A stretch of 64,000 bases of DNA from Vezdaea acicularis (Eukaryota): assembly GCA_026025075.1 (NCBI GenBank), contig JAPEUI010000006.1, forward strand, positions 124,001-188,000, read 5' to 3'. The stretch's first letter is position 1, and every line of letters begins with the position of its first letter. Below the pieces are notes generated by a model. It searched no databases. It was not told the origin of the DNA and saw only the letters and a list, made by a program, of their open reading frames with translations. Made by a program: the position numbers and the translations under genes. Below, piece by piece: positions 12,718-23,883 of this stretch.

Positions 12718-15164
12718 ATGGCTAGCACTGGTAAGTCCTACATTTCAGTAAACAATAAGCCAAACTGACAGTGAATAAAGGCGATGCTCGTTGGCCTCCG
12801 CGCTCCCCCCACGAAGCTCTTCTCAGCAGCCCCAGTGGTCGGAAACGAGTTCTAGATATGCAGAGCAGAGTATCAATTTCGCCTTCGCCGCTGAAAAAGT
12901 CCATATCGACCCCAACTTTCAGCATGCGAGCTCGGAAGCTAGTGCAACGCGAGGCAGCCTTAGCAGAAGAGAGTGAGGGAGATGATGAGGAAACTTTGCA
13001 ATTACAACTCCAAGCCATTGAGGCGCGACTCAAGCTGAAGAAATTGCGCCAGGCAAAGTCTAGAGCGGCTGGAGCGCCACCTGGAGACACCGAAAATGGG
13101 AGCGGCCGAAAGATTCAACAGTCTCAGGATGTCGAAGGGTCAAGCGTTCACACAAGGGCGAACCAAAGGCAGTTGCAACGACGGGAAGAAAGGTTAAAGA
13201 AAGCAAAATCTCAGCCTTCCGTCCATGTACCCTTATCACCCCCACCAAAAAGAGCCGTTGAAGAGCCAAGGTCACCAGGGAGAATTCTTTTGGGCATCGA
13301 TAAAGGCCTAAGGGGCCGCGATGTTTCTCTACGAAGAGCTCCGAATGCCTCAAAGACTAGGGAGAACTGTGGCCCGATCTTAGCAAGAACTGGCTCTGGC
13401 GCGTTAGGAACCGAACCTCGATCCAGCAGGCCTGGATCAAGTGCTGACGCGCGAGCCCCGCTCAAAAGCTACAGTGAGAGGATGGGGGAACTCCAAGCTG
13501 CCGACCGCAGTCGCAAGGAGCGCGAAGAAAAGCTTCGAAAAACCAGGAGCAGAGGCTTCGGCGTCGATGTAAAGGAGGTGGAGGCCTTTCGTTCTGGCAC
13601 AGCCTCACAAGCTCATTCGGGCAGAAGCCAAGAACCCAGAGAGTTCACTCGGGAGGAAGTCCTTCAATCTTACAACCAGCCTACCTCAAACCGAACACAG
13701 CTAAGACCATCCTCTGCGCTCCGATCAAGCAAAGGCTCAGAGCAATCAAGGCCGGTATCTTCTTCGACACCAAGGTCTCACGCATCCTTAGTTTCGGATA
13801 CCTCCACTTCGACCCTGATGCTCAATCCTGTGGCACCAACAGCACGATCAAGCGAACCCCCTTCTGATGATTCGCAATTTGAACCATTCTCAACCAGCCA
13901 CCTCTCCAAGCGACTGCTTCCCCACACCTTCCTCACCAGAACTTTATCTGGCAAGAAGACCTTTCTCATACCTAATCTTCTGAAAATAATAAAGTCGCCC
14001 TCCTACGACTCGCCGGAAGTTGAAGGCGACTGGGTGATTCTTGCAACCATTGCCTCGAAATCATCCCCCAAAGATCACAAAGACAAAGTCAATAGCAAAG
14101 GCACGGGAAATAACATCTCTCGCGGCAAATTCATGGTCTTTACTCTTACAGACTTGAAATGGGAGCTCGATCTCTTCCTCTTCGGTACAGGCTTTGACAG
14201 GTTCTGGAAGTTGACCCCAGGTACCGTCATTGCAATCCTTAACCCATCCATCATGCCGCCTCCACCCAACAAAGTGGATACTGGCAAGTTCTCGCTCACG
14301 CTTCATTCGAGCGACGATACGATCCTTGAGATAGGCGTTTCTCGCGATCTTGGCTTCTGTAAGAGTATTAAAAAGGATGGGAAGCCCTGCGAGCAATGGG
14401 TAGATAAGCGGCATACCGAATTCTGCACATTCCACGTTGACTTGCAGCTTCAAAAGGCGAAGTCAGGGCGCATGGAGGTTAACACTATGACCGCCCCTTT
14501 TGCACCTGGTGGAAGGTCGGGATCGCGGTCTGGGCTCTTTGGTGGACGCTCGGCTAAGAAAGAGCAGCCAAAGCATGGTCCGAAGCATGACTGGGCTACC
14601 CACTCGACCTACTACGTAGGCAGAGCAGTTCCAGGCGCTCGGGCAACTGCCAACCTCTTTGATGATGATGATGTCGACCCAGATGCTTTTCACCGTGGTA
14701 CCAGTAAGGACGAGCGGTTAAGGCGAAGGCTAGCAGAACGAGAAAAGGAAACGGAAATCGCCAGAAAGCTTGGCGAAGGTGGGAATGGCATGGGAGGCGA
14801 GTACCTCCGAGCTAAGACCACGGAAGGAGTTGAGCAGCCCGGTCAAACCATCGAAGAAAGAGAAGCTTTCGATGTGCAAACACTCGGTCTCTTGAGCGGC
14901 ACATCCGATTCCGTACGCCTCAGTCCGGTGAAGAAGCGGCGAATGGGCAACGCTGGCACGACCACCGCTGTGGGCTGGGGTGGCGCCTTCAAAAGGGGTT
15001 TGCCTAGTCCGAGAAAGGGGGCAGAAGATGAGGAACGGGTCAAGAAGAAGACGAGGTTCGTGACTCCGAACGGGATCAAAGAGGCGGGCCGTGAAAGTCT
15101 AGGGGCAATCGTTGGAAAGTCGAAGGTGGAAGAAGATGATGATGACGATTTAGAGATTATTTGA
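12718..15164 (+). CDS. MCM10: DNA replication initiation factor Mcm10; exons 12718-12730, 12781-15164
   Basis: WPPRSPHEALLS N-terminus, OB-fold region (FWKLTPGTVIAILNP) and CCCH zinc finger DLGFCKSIKKDGKPCEQWVDKRHTEFCTFH. Intron GTAAGT 12731 to AAG 12780 restores the frame. Confidence 0.93.
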
Positions 15165-15878
15165 GCGTGCATCCCTCTGGCGTTGGAGAATGTTTGTCGG
15201 CTCGGGCCTTGGTTTGTGCTCGTTCTCCTGTTGAAAAAGATTCGCTTTAAAAAAAGTTCTTGGGCGAATATAGAGGCGCTAACGATCAAGCTTGGCTTAT
15301 ATTGTCAGCATTCCTGCTGCTCTGTTCCTCTTTTCTACGTTGTGAAGCTGTGTTGCTGATAGTCACAAGTGCAGCCCCTGCTATGTCGCGAACTGCTGCT
15401 CGCTCCTGCCGTATAATGTAGCGGTGGTTTTCCGAGCTCAGTAGAATTCGGGAGAAGGGCGTTCGCCACGAACAATTCGAACACACTTGGCAACATTGAC
15501 CATACTTTCTGTAGTAAAGAAACACACATCAAGAGGTTCCTATTTAATTACTGCGGTTGCAGGACATCAAGCAAGCATGCCTCGTCGTGTCAGCTCCTTC
15601 ACCTTCCTTCGTGTCTACTTGAGCGTTTTTGCAATCCTCTTCCTCTGGCTAAAAGGCATTAGTATGATAGCAGAGGGTTCCTCTCCCTTCTCTCGATATC
15701 TTGCCTCCTTCTTGCCTCCACACAGACAACCCGTATCAACGGGTACCTGACCTTCAAAGCGATAGGAACCCTTTAGTCTATCTCGCGTGACCTCATTCAC
15801 TCTCCTTAGTTCAATCAGCCTAGCCTTATATTAGTACTATATCACTACCCTTAGCTCGAATCAGATACATCTATAGTC

Positions 15879-16872
15879 ATGGACAGCCGCAAGGCAAAGA
15901 TTAGCTCATCGGCGTCTCATCGAGCTAGGTCTCGCACTTCAAAACGCCCTACTGAGATAATTGACCTCACGAATGAGGTCGTTGCAAAGTAAGAGCCCCT
16001 CTCCCCAACACCTTCCCTCAAACAACCTTGCTAACCGCCTCATCGAGCTAGGTCTCGCGCTTCAAAACGCCCTACTGAGATAATTGACCTTACGAATGAG
16101 GTCGTTGCAAAGTAAGCACCCCTCTTCGCATAACCTTCCCTCAGAGCACCTTGTTAACCGCCTCACCTACAGTTCCTTCGAAGCCACAGTTCCTCTCACC
16201 GTCGGCAATCCCGCTCAGGTCTTCTGGGTACATCCCGCTATCTTAGCGCTAATCCCATCTCCTTCCTGCTTCTTGACAGAAACCCCCCGGACCGTCTCTC
16301 ACCTCCTCGATTACCTTTACCTGCTCCACTATCGCCACCAGCGCCTCATACAGCTATTCCAACTCTACCCACTATGTGATAGCCGCGATCTCATCAAGGT
16401 ACATGCGCTCGCCTCCAAGCTATCCATTACGGTACTGTCCAACCGTACGATTGGTGAGCTGCGCGGATGGCACACTTGGAACAACGTCTGCCTCCTCGAC
16501 GACATCGACTTTTCGCACCTGGACCCATGGTGCTCTGATGGGTCCAGCACATCCAGCACGGCCAGCTCAGTAGTTTATTGGCCGGATGAGGTGGAGCAGC
16601 AGAGCTTCACGAGTCGGCTACTCGTGGACGCTGAGCCGGAGCAGTTGTTCACGTATCTGGTTCATACGATCGCGTGGGTCAAGCTGCAGCAGCCAGCGGC
16701 GCTGAAGATGCTGTGTCCAGAGGGGTGGAAGGGTTGGAAACGGAAGGCGGAGCAGCTGGAGGAGAGCGAGGCTGGGCGGCAGGCTAAGAAGCTCATTGAG
16801 GATATGAAGGGGATTGTGGGAGACCCGAGAGACGGCGGAGAGTGCATGCTTCATCTGCACAAAGAAGGATGA
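15879..16872 (+). CDS. Degenerate BTB/POZ-like protein with a duplicated N-terminal IIDLT (SIM-like) exon; exons 15879-15988, 16052-16111, 16173-16872 (289 aa)
   Basis: The spliced model is in frame (870 nt). TVPLTVGNPAQVFWVHPAIL resembles the first BTB strands; LLDYLY and LIKVHALASKL resemble later helices of fungal BTB proteins. Confidence 0.6.
15916..16165. repeat. Tandem direct duplication, period 123 bp, 2 copies
   Basis: ctcatcgagctaggtctcgc(a/g)cttcaaaacgccctactgagataattgacct(c/t)acgaatgaggtcgttgcaaagtaag occurs at 15916 and at 16039. Confidence 0.95.
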
Positions 16873-18755
16873 GGAAACAGGATAGAAAAAGGCTGTGGAC
16901 TCAAGGGCAGGACAACGCCGACAAGGAAAGGACAATGAAATGCCAAGGGCATTATGGATAATGACCGGGAGTATGGACAGCAGCAGGTCTATTGTTTTTC
17001 TGTATCAACACGGGGATAGGACGTAGTTCAGAATGCTGACAGTTCCTATGGGTTCTAAGACAAGACCCGAAATGTGACTATCAATTATTCTCGGAAGTCA
17101 CTTTGCTCGGTAGCAAGGGTGGGAGGTGCCCCGCGGAGGGTTGCAGCGGAAATTCGTTAATCCCTGCCGGCGCACGTGCGCGGGGCGACCGCCGCATTTC
17201 TTGGCATCAAATTGGGGAAAAATGCCAGAGGGAAAAAAACGCAAGTCGGTCCAAGTCGACCCGCCTTTGGTGCATCCGCTACCTGCTCACAATATTTTTT
17301 CTCGTGACCCGTAATGCACGTGCTTGTGTGCTTGGCCTGACGCATGGGGACCGCACGGGTGGTGCAGCGCGCGGGTAGGATACAAAGAGAAAGAGAGGGA
17401 TCTGCGGGTGGGAGAGATCGGGTTCGCGCGCATCGAGCTGAACGGGCCTGCCTTCCCTCACTCACCTCAGCTTGCTTCCTCCTTGCTCCTCACCACGCAC
17501 ACCCCCCTCCCCAATTGCCCCTTCGCACCGATGGGTGAGGCCGATGTGGTGAGCTTGATCCCGTACCCTCCCCATCCTTGCGGAAAAGAGGCTCGATGCG
17601 GTGCGCTGCGCATTTGGTGGTAGACATCGGTAGAGATGATGGAGGAGGGCTGGCGAGTGCGGGAGAGTGTACGGTTGTCGACACAGCCACATCCGCGCGC
17701 AACGGCATGGCGTCGGCCCGTGGTGTGCGCGTACAGTGTACTTGTTGTCACGGCCGTCAAAGGACTTTTGCTAATGGCTGAAAGAGAAAGAGAAGGGAGA
17801 AGGATAAAGTGCTTCCTTGCGTCGATGGGAGGGGGCCGCGTAGTGGGCAGGGGGAGGATTGCCGCTCTGCGATGAGACGGCAGCGGCAGGGTGAGTGATG
17901 AGAGGAGGGAGGAGAGGGAGGGTGCGGGAGACGAGACGCCCGGCTGCTGCCCCCGTGTGCGGCGCCCGTCGCTGCCCGCGCGAACGACGAAAGAGGGGAA
18001 TTGACCACAGTGGTCGGCGTGGGCGGCCGGGGCGCGCTGCAAACACGGCGGCCGCTCCCAATATCAAGCAGGTCCCCTCACCCAGACGCTCGCCTGCTCT
18101 CTCTCGCCCTTCTCGCAGTGCCCTCACCTCTTCCCTCTCCACCGCAGAATCGCTCGACAGCCCAAACCTCACGCTCTCCACCAAAACCCGCGACAGAGTC
18201 CGTACGGCCTCCACCACAGGTACGTGTCGCTTATCCCGCTCTCCCATCTGCTTCTGCCCGCCATTCGCCGTCGCCGCCGCGTCCACGCGTGTGCGCCCTC
18301 GAGACGGCCCCGTCCGCCGACGCCGTCACGTCGTCCGGTCTGACTTCACCGATTCCTGTCGTCGACTCGCATTCATGGTTGACTTCATCCATCGCCCGAC
18401 TGACCATCCTGTCTAGCTCCTCCGCTCACATCCACCATCGGCTTTTCACCCCGCTTTCCTTCTCAATTGTAAGAATCCACCGTTCTTTTCGCGATTTTCA
18501 CCTCTTTGGGCTTCATCTCGAGATGTTGTTTCGTCGCGCGTGTTATGCGACCGCTGCAGCGCGACGCTTTCACCGTACCAACAACACCAAAACCTGCCCC
18601 TCTCACTTTTCACACATCACACATTTCTTACCTGTTCGAATGCACCTGCGCTGCATTCCTCTCCATCTCTCAAATCTTATTCAACGCTCAAATTCTTGAT
18701 CACTTCACACTAACATACCATTGTCTTACTCTGAAGCTCGAAACACTCAATCAAC

Positions 18756-19275
18756 ATGCCTAAAGCCGCCGCTACCAAGCGTGGTGCTAAGACTGAGAAG
18801 AAGACCAAGGCCAAGAAAGGTGATTCACGCCGTCTCAATTCGAAGCAAGAACAGCCTCACTGACCAGCGTCCAGACCCCAACGCACCCAAGCGTGGTCTC
18901 TCCGCCTACATGTTCTTCGCCAACGAACAGCGTGACAACGTCAGGACCGAGAACCCAGGCATTAGCTTCGGTAAGACCATCCCTCCCTCCCTCGTTCGTT
19001 GCTGTACAACAAAACCATATTTCACCCACACTAACATGACCTGCCCCTCCTCCAGGCCAAGTCGGCAAGGTCCTCGGCGAGAGATGGAAGGCCCTGTCCG
19101 AGAAGCAGCGCGCGCCGTACGAAGCCAAGGCTGCCCAGGACAAGAAGCGCTACGAGGACGAGAAGGCGTCCTATAACGTGAGTTAAAAAGCCTGTGCACG
19201 TTTCCGGCGACGGATTCTCTGACGTGAGTCGACGTTGCACAGGCTGGTGGTGACGACGACGAGGAGTCTGGTTAA
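18756..19275 (+). CDS. NHP6: HMG-box non-histone chromosomal protein Nhp6; exons 18756-18819, 18875-18970, 19056-19177, 19243-19275 (104 aa)
   Basis: [10 protein letters not shown]...[75 protein letters not shown]. Confidence 0.97.
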
Positions 19276-20674
19276 GCAAGAATTAAAATAAAAATTAAAG
19301 AAAAAGGGTCCTCACGCCCTTTTTTTTTTGTTTTTCTCTCTTCCTTGCCGCGTGTTCACCAAAAACTCCCTCGGGCCTTCGTCCTCATCAGCATCTCTCG
19401 TCGACAACGGCAATTCTAACCTTCCCCAGCTCTAGCAACTCTGTTGTGAGAGCTTAGGAGGGGCAGGCTTGGCGACGTGATGGATCTCGAACCTTTTTTC
19501 CTTTGCTCTGGACACTGGGGGGAAGGGAGGCTTTGGGTCGGGAGGGGGGTGCTGGCTGACTGGTTGGCTGGTTCGGGAAATGATCTCCTTCTCCTTTTTT
19601 CCTCTCTCTCATTGTTTACTATGAAAAAACCTCCATCTATCTCCGGCTCGGATACCTTTTAGCTCTTGCTTCAGAAATTGGGTGGCAGGATCAGCATCGC
19701 TTTCAGGCCTGCACAATTTCACCTTGCTCTCCATTCTCTGGACCCGTGACTTTGCTCTCTGTCGGATTGAGCTTCGTTGCCCCCCCTCTGCCTCCCTTCC
19801 CGTAAAGCCGTGCTGCCTGCCTCATTTTGAATCTCCCCCTCCCCTCCCCTCCCCGTGCTCACGTGCTCTACCGACCCTCGTCCCCACGTGCTCTATCCCT
19901 GTCCCGACCGCCCCGCCCCCGTCTTAACCGTATCGCGGATACCTATTGGGGCAGCGCTATATTGCCCGCGACTGCCTTTCCACAAATAGCGCTTGCCTTG
20001 ATCGGCGGCGCTGTCCTCACCAGGCAGTCGTGACCGGACACGTGATACGTATATATATGACCCCCTTAGCTAGACGAATGGAAATCATCTTCTTCTCTAC
20101 ATGAAACTCGTGTTCATGCCCCCAGCGTCCCTTGACGGCGATGGTCGTATTACGTACCGAATTTTGATTTTCGCGAATATCACCGTCTTCATTGTCACCT
20201 GGCCTCGTAAGACGCTTCCTAAATACACACCTCCCGAATACACCACTGCGAATGCATCGAGCAAATGAAGCGGGCCTCCCCAAAGCACCATCCGGAGCCC
20301 CTACTTCACCCGGGCGTCGTCCTCAGGCATTAGTTCGGATAATCGGAAAGGCTACTGAGGCCCCATGCATGGTGAGTGGTTCGGTAATCAAACGGCTGCA
20401 TAACACTCGCTCGCGAACCCAATTATTCTAGCTACAATATTGCAGCTATGCATCCATGATCCGCCGGCTCTATTTGTGGCCGGACGACGTTGGACACGTC
20501 AATTGCCCCAAGACGGGATGGCGGGGGGGGGGGGGGAGCATGCTTGATCTGTGAGGCTTTTGATGCCCGCATATCCCCACCCCTTCGCACTCTTCCCAAC
20601 CCAAGCGAACTCCAAAATTTCGTTTTTTTCCCTTCGCCGTGAAAGATCATGAGCGTAACCACCACCCCACGACT

Positions 20675-22632
20675 ATGCCTCTACTTCTCCAGGAGGCGCT
20701 GGGGAGCGAAGCACAGGTAGCGACCGACATCGCAAGCGCAGTCTACCAACTCGGGCCCAGCGTCCCCGAATCCTCCGTCGCCGTGCGTGGCGTGCTCGGC
20801 CAACTCTTCGGCATCAGCGCGCAATTGGAAGATCTGAAGAGACTTGAAGCGGGTCTGTACTCTGAGCGGGATACGCTGCAGAATCGCGGAGCGGTGCAGG
20901 ATCTCTCGTTGGCGGTGCTGTGCTTGTCGAGGACGTTTAAGGATATCAAGAGGGTGCTGGGGAGGAGGTATGGGGATGGGCAGGCGGTGCAGCTGCCGGA
21001 GTGGCAGGTGAGGAGGAAGGTGTGGATGGATTTGAATCGGCTCTTTGTCACGCCCGTCTCGGTCTCGTTGCTCACGAGGCTGGACGTTCTCAGGAGTTTC
21101 TTCGTGGAGTTGGGGTTTCTGTTCTCGGGGTAGGTTGTTCTGCAGATTGAAGTCTTCAAGTGGAAGCTCGTTGCTAACAAAAATCTGTGTTGGTCTAGCA
21201 ATCCAGGCGGCTTCAGCGATATGGAACTTCTCCGCCAAAGAATCCAAGATATGAGAGAGGAGCAGAGAGCCAAATCCATCGCCGAAGACCTCGACCGCCT
21301 GTCGCTGGGCTCATCAGGTAAAGTTCCGCAAACGCCCCGCACTCTCCTTGCTCCTTGAGCTAACATCGATAACCTCTCTAGAATCAGCAGACATGTTTGA
21401 TGCTACTTTCCAGCCATTGAGTAGCCCGACTTCAACCGCTTCACCCACTTTCTTCCCTACGTATGTGCCGGCGATCCTACCGTCGCCGCCTCATTGGGCT
21501 TCAGGCGTCTTTGATGGCCAGCATTCCATCACTCTCTTCAAGGCCGATGAACAGAGGTTTGTGGTACCTTCCACATGTATGACCTTCCTGACAACGTGTT
21601 AGCGAATCCAAAGTATACGGAGCGCCAAAGCCCGGAGCTGAAGTCGGCCTCTCGCGCGACTGCGAGCTTCTCCTGACTCTAAAGTGAGTCGCCTCAATTC
21701 CCCTGACTTGCTTTCATCTCACTCACCATAACAGGGAGTTTGACCACTCATTCCCGCGCCTCCAGATCTATAGGTGCGAAGACACGAAGCACGTGTACAT
21801 TCACTGTTTGAACGATTTCAACTATCCCGGGGTCGGCCCTATTGAGACCTTCGAGCAACTCGGCAAACTGAAATTCACCCGCGAACTCTCCTGCCTGAAA
21901 ATCATCTCCTGCGAAAAGACGCGCGCCCAAGAAGTCTGGGCAAAACTCTCCTTCTCCACCTACGAACGTCTCGTTCTCTTCTTCTGTATTCTTAACGCCC
22001 TGAAATTTCAATTACCATCATCATTAATCACAGCACCTCGTGGTTGCCGAGACCTGCAGCTCGACGACGAGAAGGTGGTTTTCGCAGCAGAAATCTCGGA
22101 TGACGAGTACCTCCACCATCTGCGCATCTTGCACGACAAAGTGTCGGGAGGGGTGCGGCTCGAGGCCTCGGCGGCGGATGGACCCATGAAGGGCGTGCCG
22201 ATCTGGACGGCCTTCATCACGCAGTACGTCGGTGCCTCTGCGTGGCTTAATGTCGTCGGCACGAGGATCGTCCACCTCAAGGATCTCCGGCCGTACGTGT
22301 TCACGTCCGATTATTCTGCGGAAAACGGGCTGCGAGCAGGCTTCGAGCTTCGGTTCATCAAGAGGCAGGATACGAGGGCTTTCGTCGAGGCGCTGGACTC
22401 GATTCGAGTGAAGCGGACGAAGCGCGATCCGTTTCCTAGGCGGAGGAGTAGAGGGCGTAAGGATTCTGGGAAACGGCCTTTGGATCCTGGTAGATTGCCC
22501 GTGGATCCTAATAGACGACCTGGCGACCCTGGTGTACGGCCTGCTGGTCCTGGAAGAGGCGCTCCTGATATAAGGAGGGTTCCGTCTGAGGACGGGCCTC
22601 CCAGTAGAGGTCGTCCACCTGATTTAAGATAA
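20675..22632 (+). CDS. Conserved-looking fungal hypothetical protein, multi-exon
   Basis: ATG at 20675. Intron 21130-21198 joins in frame, further introns lie near 21318-21380, 21557-21602 and 21684-21733, and the last exon is the 279-aa ORF ending at 22632 (GGVRLEAS...VPIWTAFITQY). Confidence 0.7.
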
Positions 22633-22754
22633 TAGATAATGAGAGTTGTCGCAAGTAGGGGAAGTTATAACGTGCAACCCAACCTCGGTGTGAGACTGTA
22701 AGTGCTTCACAGAACGACGTCCATGAAGCTATAGCGAGCGCTTCAATATCTTCT

Positions 22755-23562
22755 TCATCCCAACTCCTCTTCAGCATTGAACACCAGTTCGCGCAGTTGC
22801 TCATCGCTAGCCCAGTCAACACCGCTCCCAGCCACCACTGCGCTAACGACGCTCTTCATGATTCTCCATCTCGACCGTTGAGCTTTATGCTCCTCTTCTA
22901 GCTCCTCAATCTGTGCGCGTAGCCTTGCATCCTTGACGTCGTCCTTACCATGACTCTTCGTTTCTCCCACCAACTCCATCAAGACCGCCGTCAGCTCGAT
23001 ATTCCGTCTCTGGACGGTGATATGCTCCGTCTCCAGCTCCGTCAACGTTGCGAGCGTTTTGCTTATGTCGGAAGCTAGGTTCGCATGGCACATGGACAGG
23101 ACGTCTCGCCGGTTGATATGCGGTAGTAGCAGCTTCTCGGCGGGGGACGCGTGTTCGCCGGAGTGGACTGCCTTCAGAGTCGGATCGGTCGTGAGAACAC
23201 CCTCCACGACGCGATTTCGGAGTGAATATAACGCCCGCGCATCGAGAAGCTCGCGCTGGGCTGTTTTCAGCTGCTTGTGGATATCTGCGGCTGGTGCATT
23301 TCTTCGTGGTTCTGTGCTTTTGTTAGATGTGCAGAGTTCTGCATGCGCCTCGGGGGGGATTCGACCTACGTTTTGATAGAGTAGAGTGTGCTCGTAGGAT
23401 GGCTGTTTGAACCTCCAGAGACTCTAATCGGTCGTACAGCTCTAGTATCTCCTCCTCTTTTGCGGAGAGCCGTAGTGTATCACTCGGGTCCGACCGCTGT
23501 GCAAGACCTACGAGGCCCGCCTGATCGGCCTTCATGCTGCGTGACCTCTCTGCGGATGACAT
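22755..23562 (-). CDS. Centromere protein H (CENP-H/Fta3-like kinetochore subunit), one intron near 23312-23369
   Basis: Coiled-coil protein ending RWRIMKSVVSAVVAGSGVDWASDEQLRELV (CENP-H signature), with N-terminal EEEILELYDRLESLE. Confidence 0.85.
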
Positions 23563-23883
23563 CTTTAGCGCCGACCCATAACCGTCTCCATTCAACACAC
23601 CGAGTGAACCTTGTAATTACGTAGGAATTCCCTCTTGAAGAAGTTTCCAAACACCACAGAGACAGCTACGCGCTCGTTTGGTGAACTGGATTGATGGACC
23701 CTTGCTCGCTTCACGCGCTTGTGCATACGCGCTTAACTTATGCCTGTTCAGCCTGAGCCTCTTATCCTTCTGCACACCTTCTCACGGGTGTGGGGGTTAC
23801 GACTCACCACCAGCCAGCTCCTAGGACGCACCCAGAACGACTCCTAGCAGCGTGCAGAAGCTGCTGAAGGGGGAAAAGGGGGC

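Noticed and set aside
15916..16165. Direct repeat as LTR, transposon footprint or CRISPR
   Set aside because: Two adjacent copies containing splice signals, with no spacers, terminal repeats or transposase; the context is eukaryotic.
17103..18763. Many overlapping 60-230 aa ORFs on both strands
   Set aside because: An artefact of very high GC (few stop codons). The translations are R/P/A low-complexity with no domain, and the region is better explained as the NHP6 promoter and leader.
20523..20536. 14-nt poly-G tract as a phase-variation switch
   Set aside because: A non-coding homopolymer with no evidence of function.
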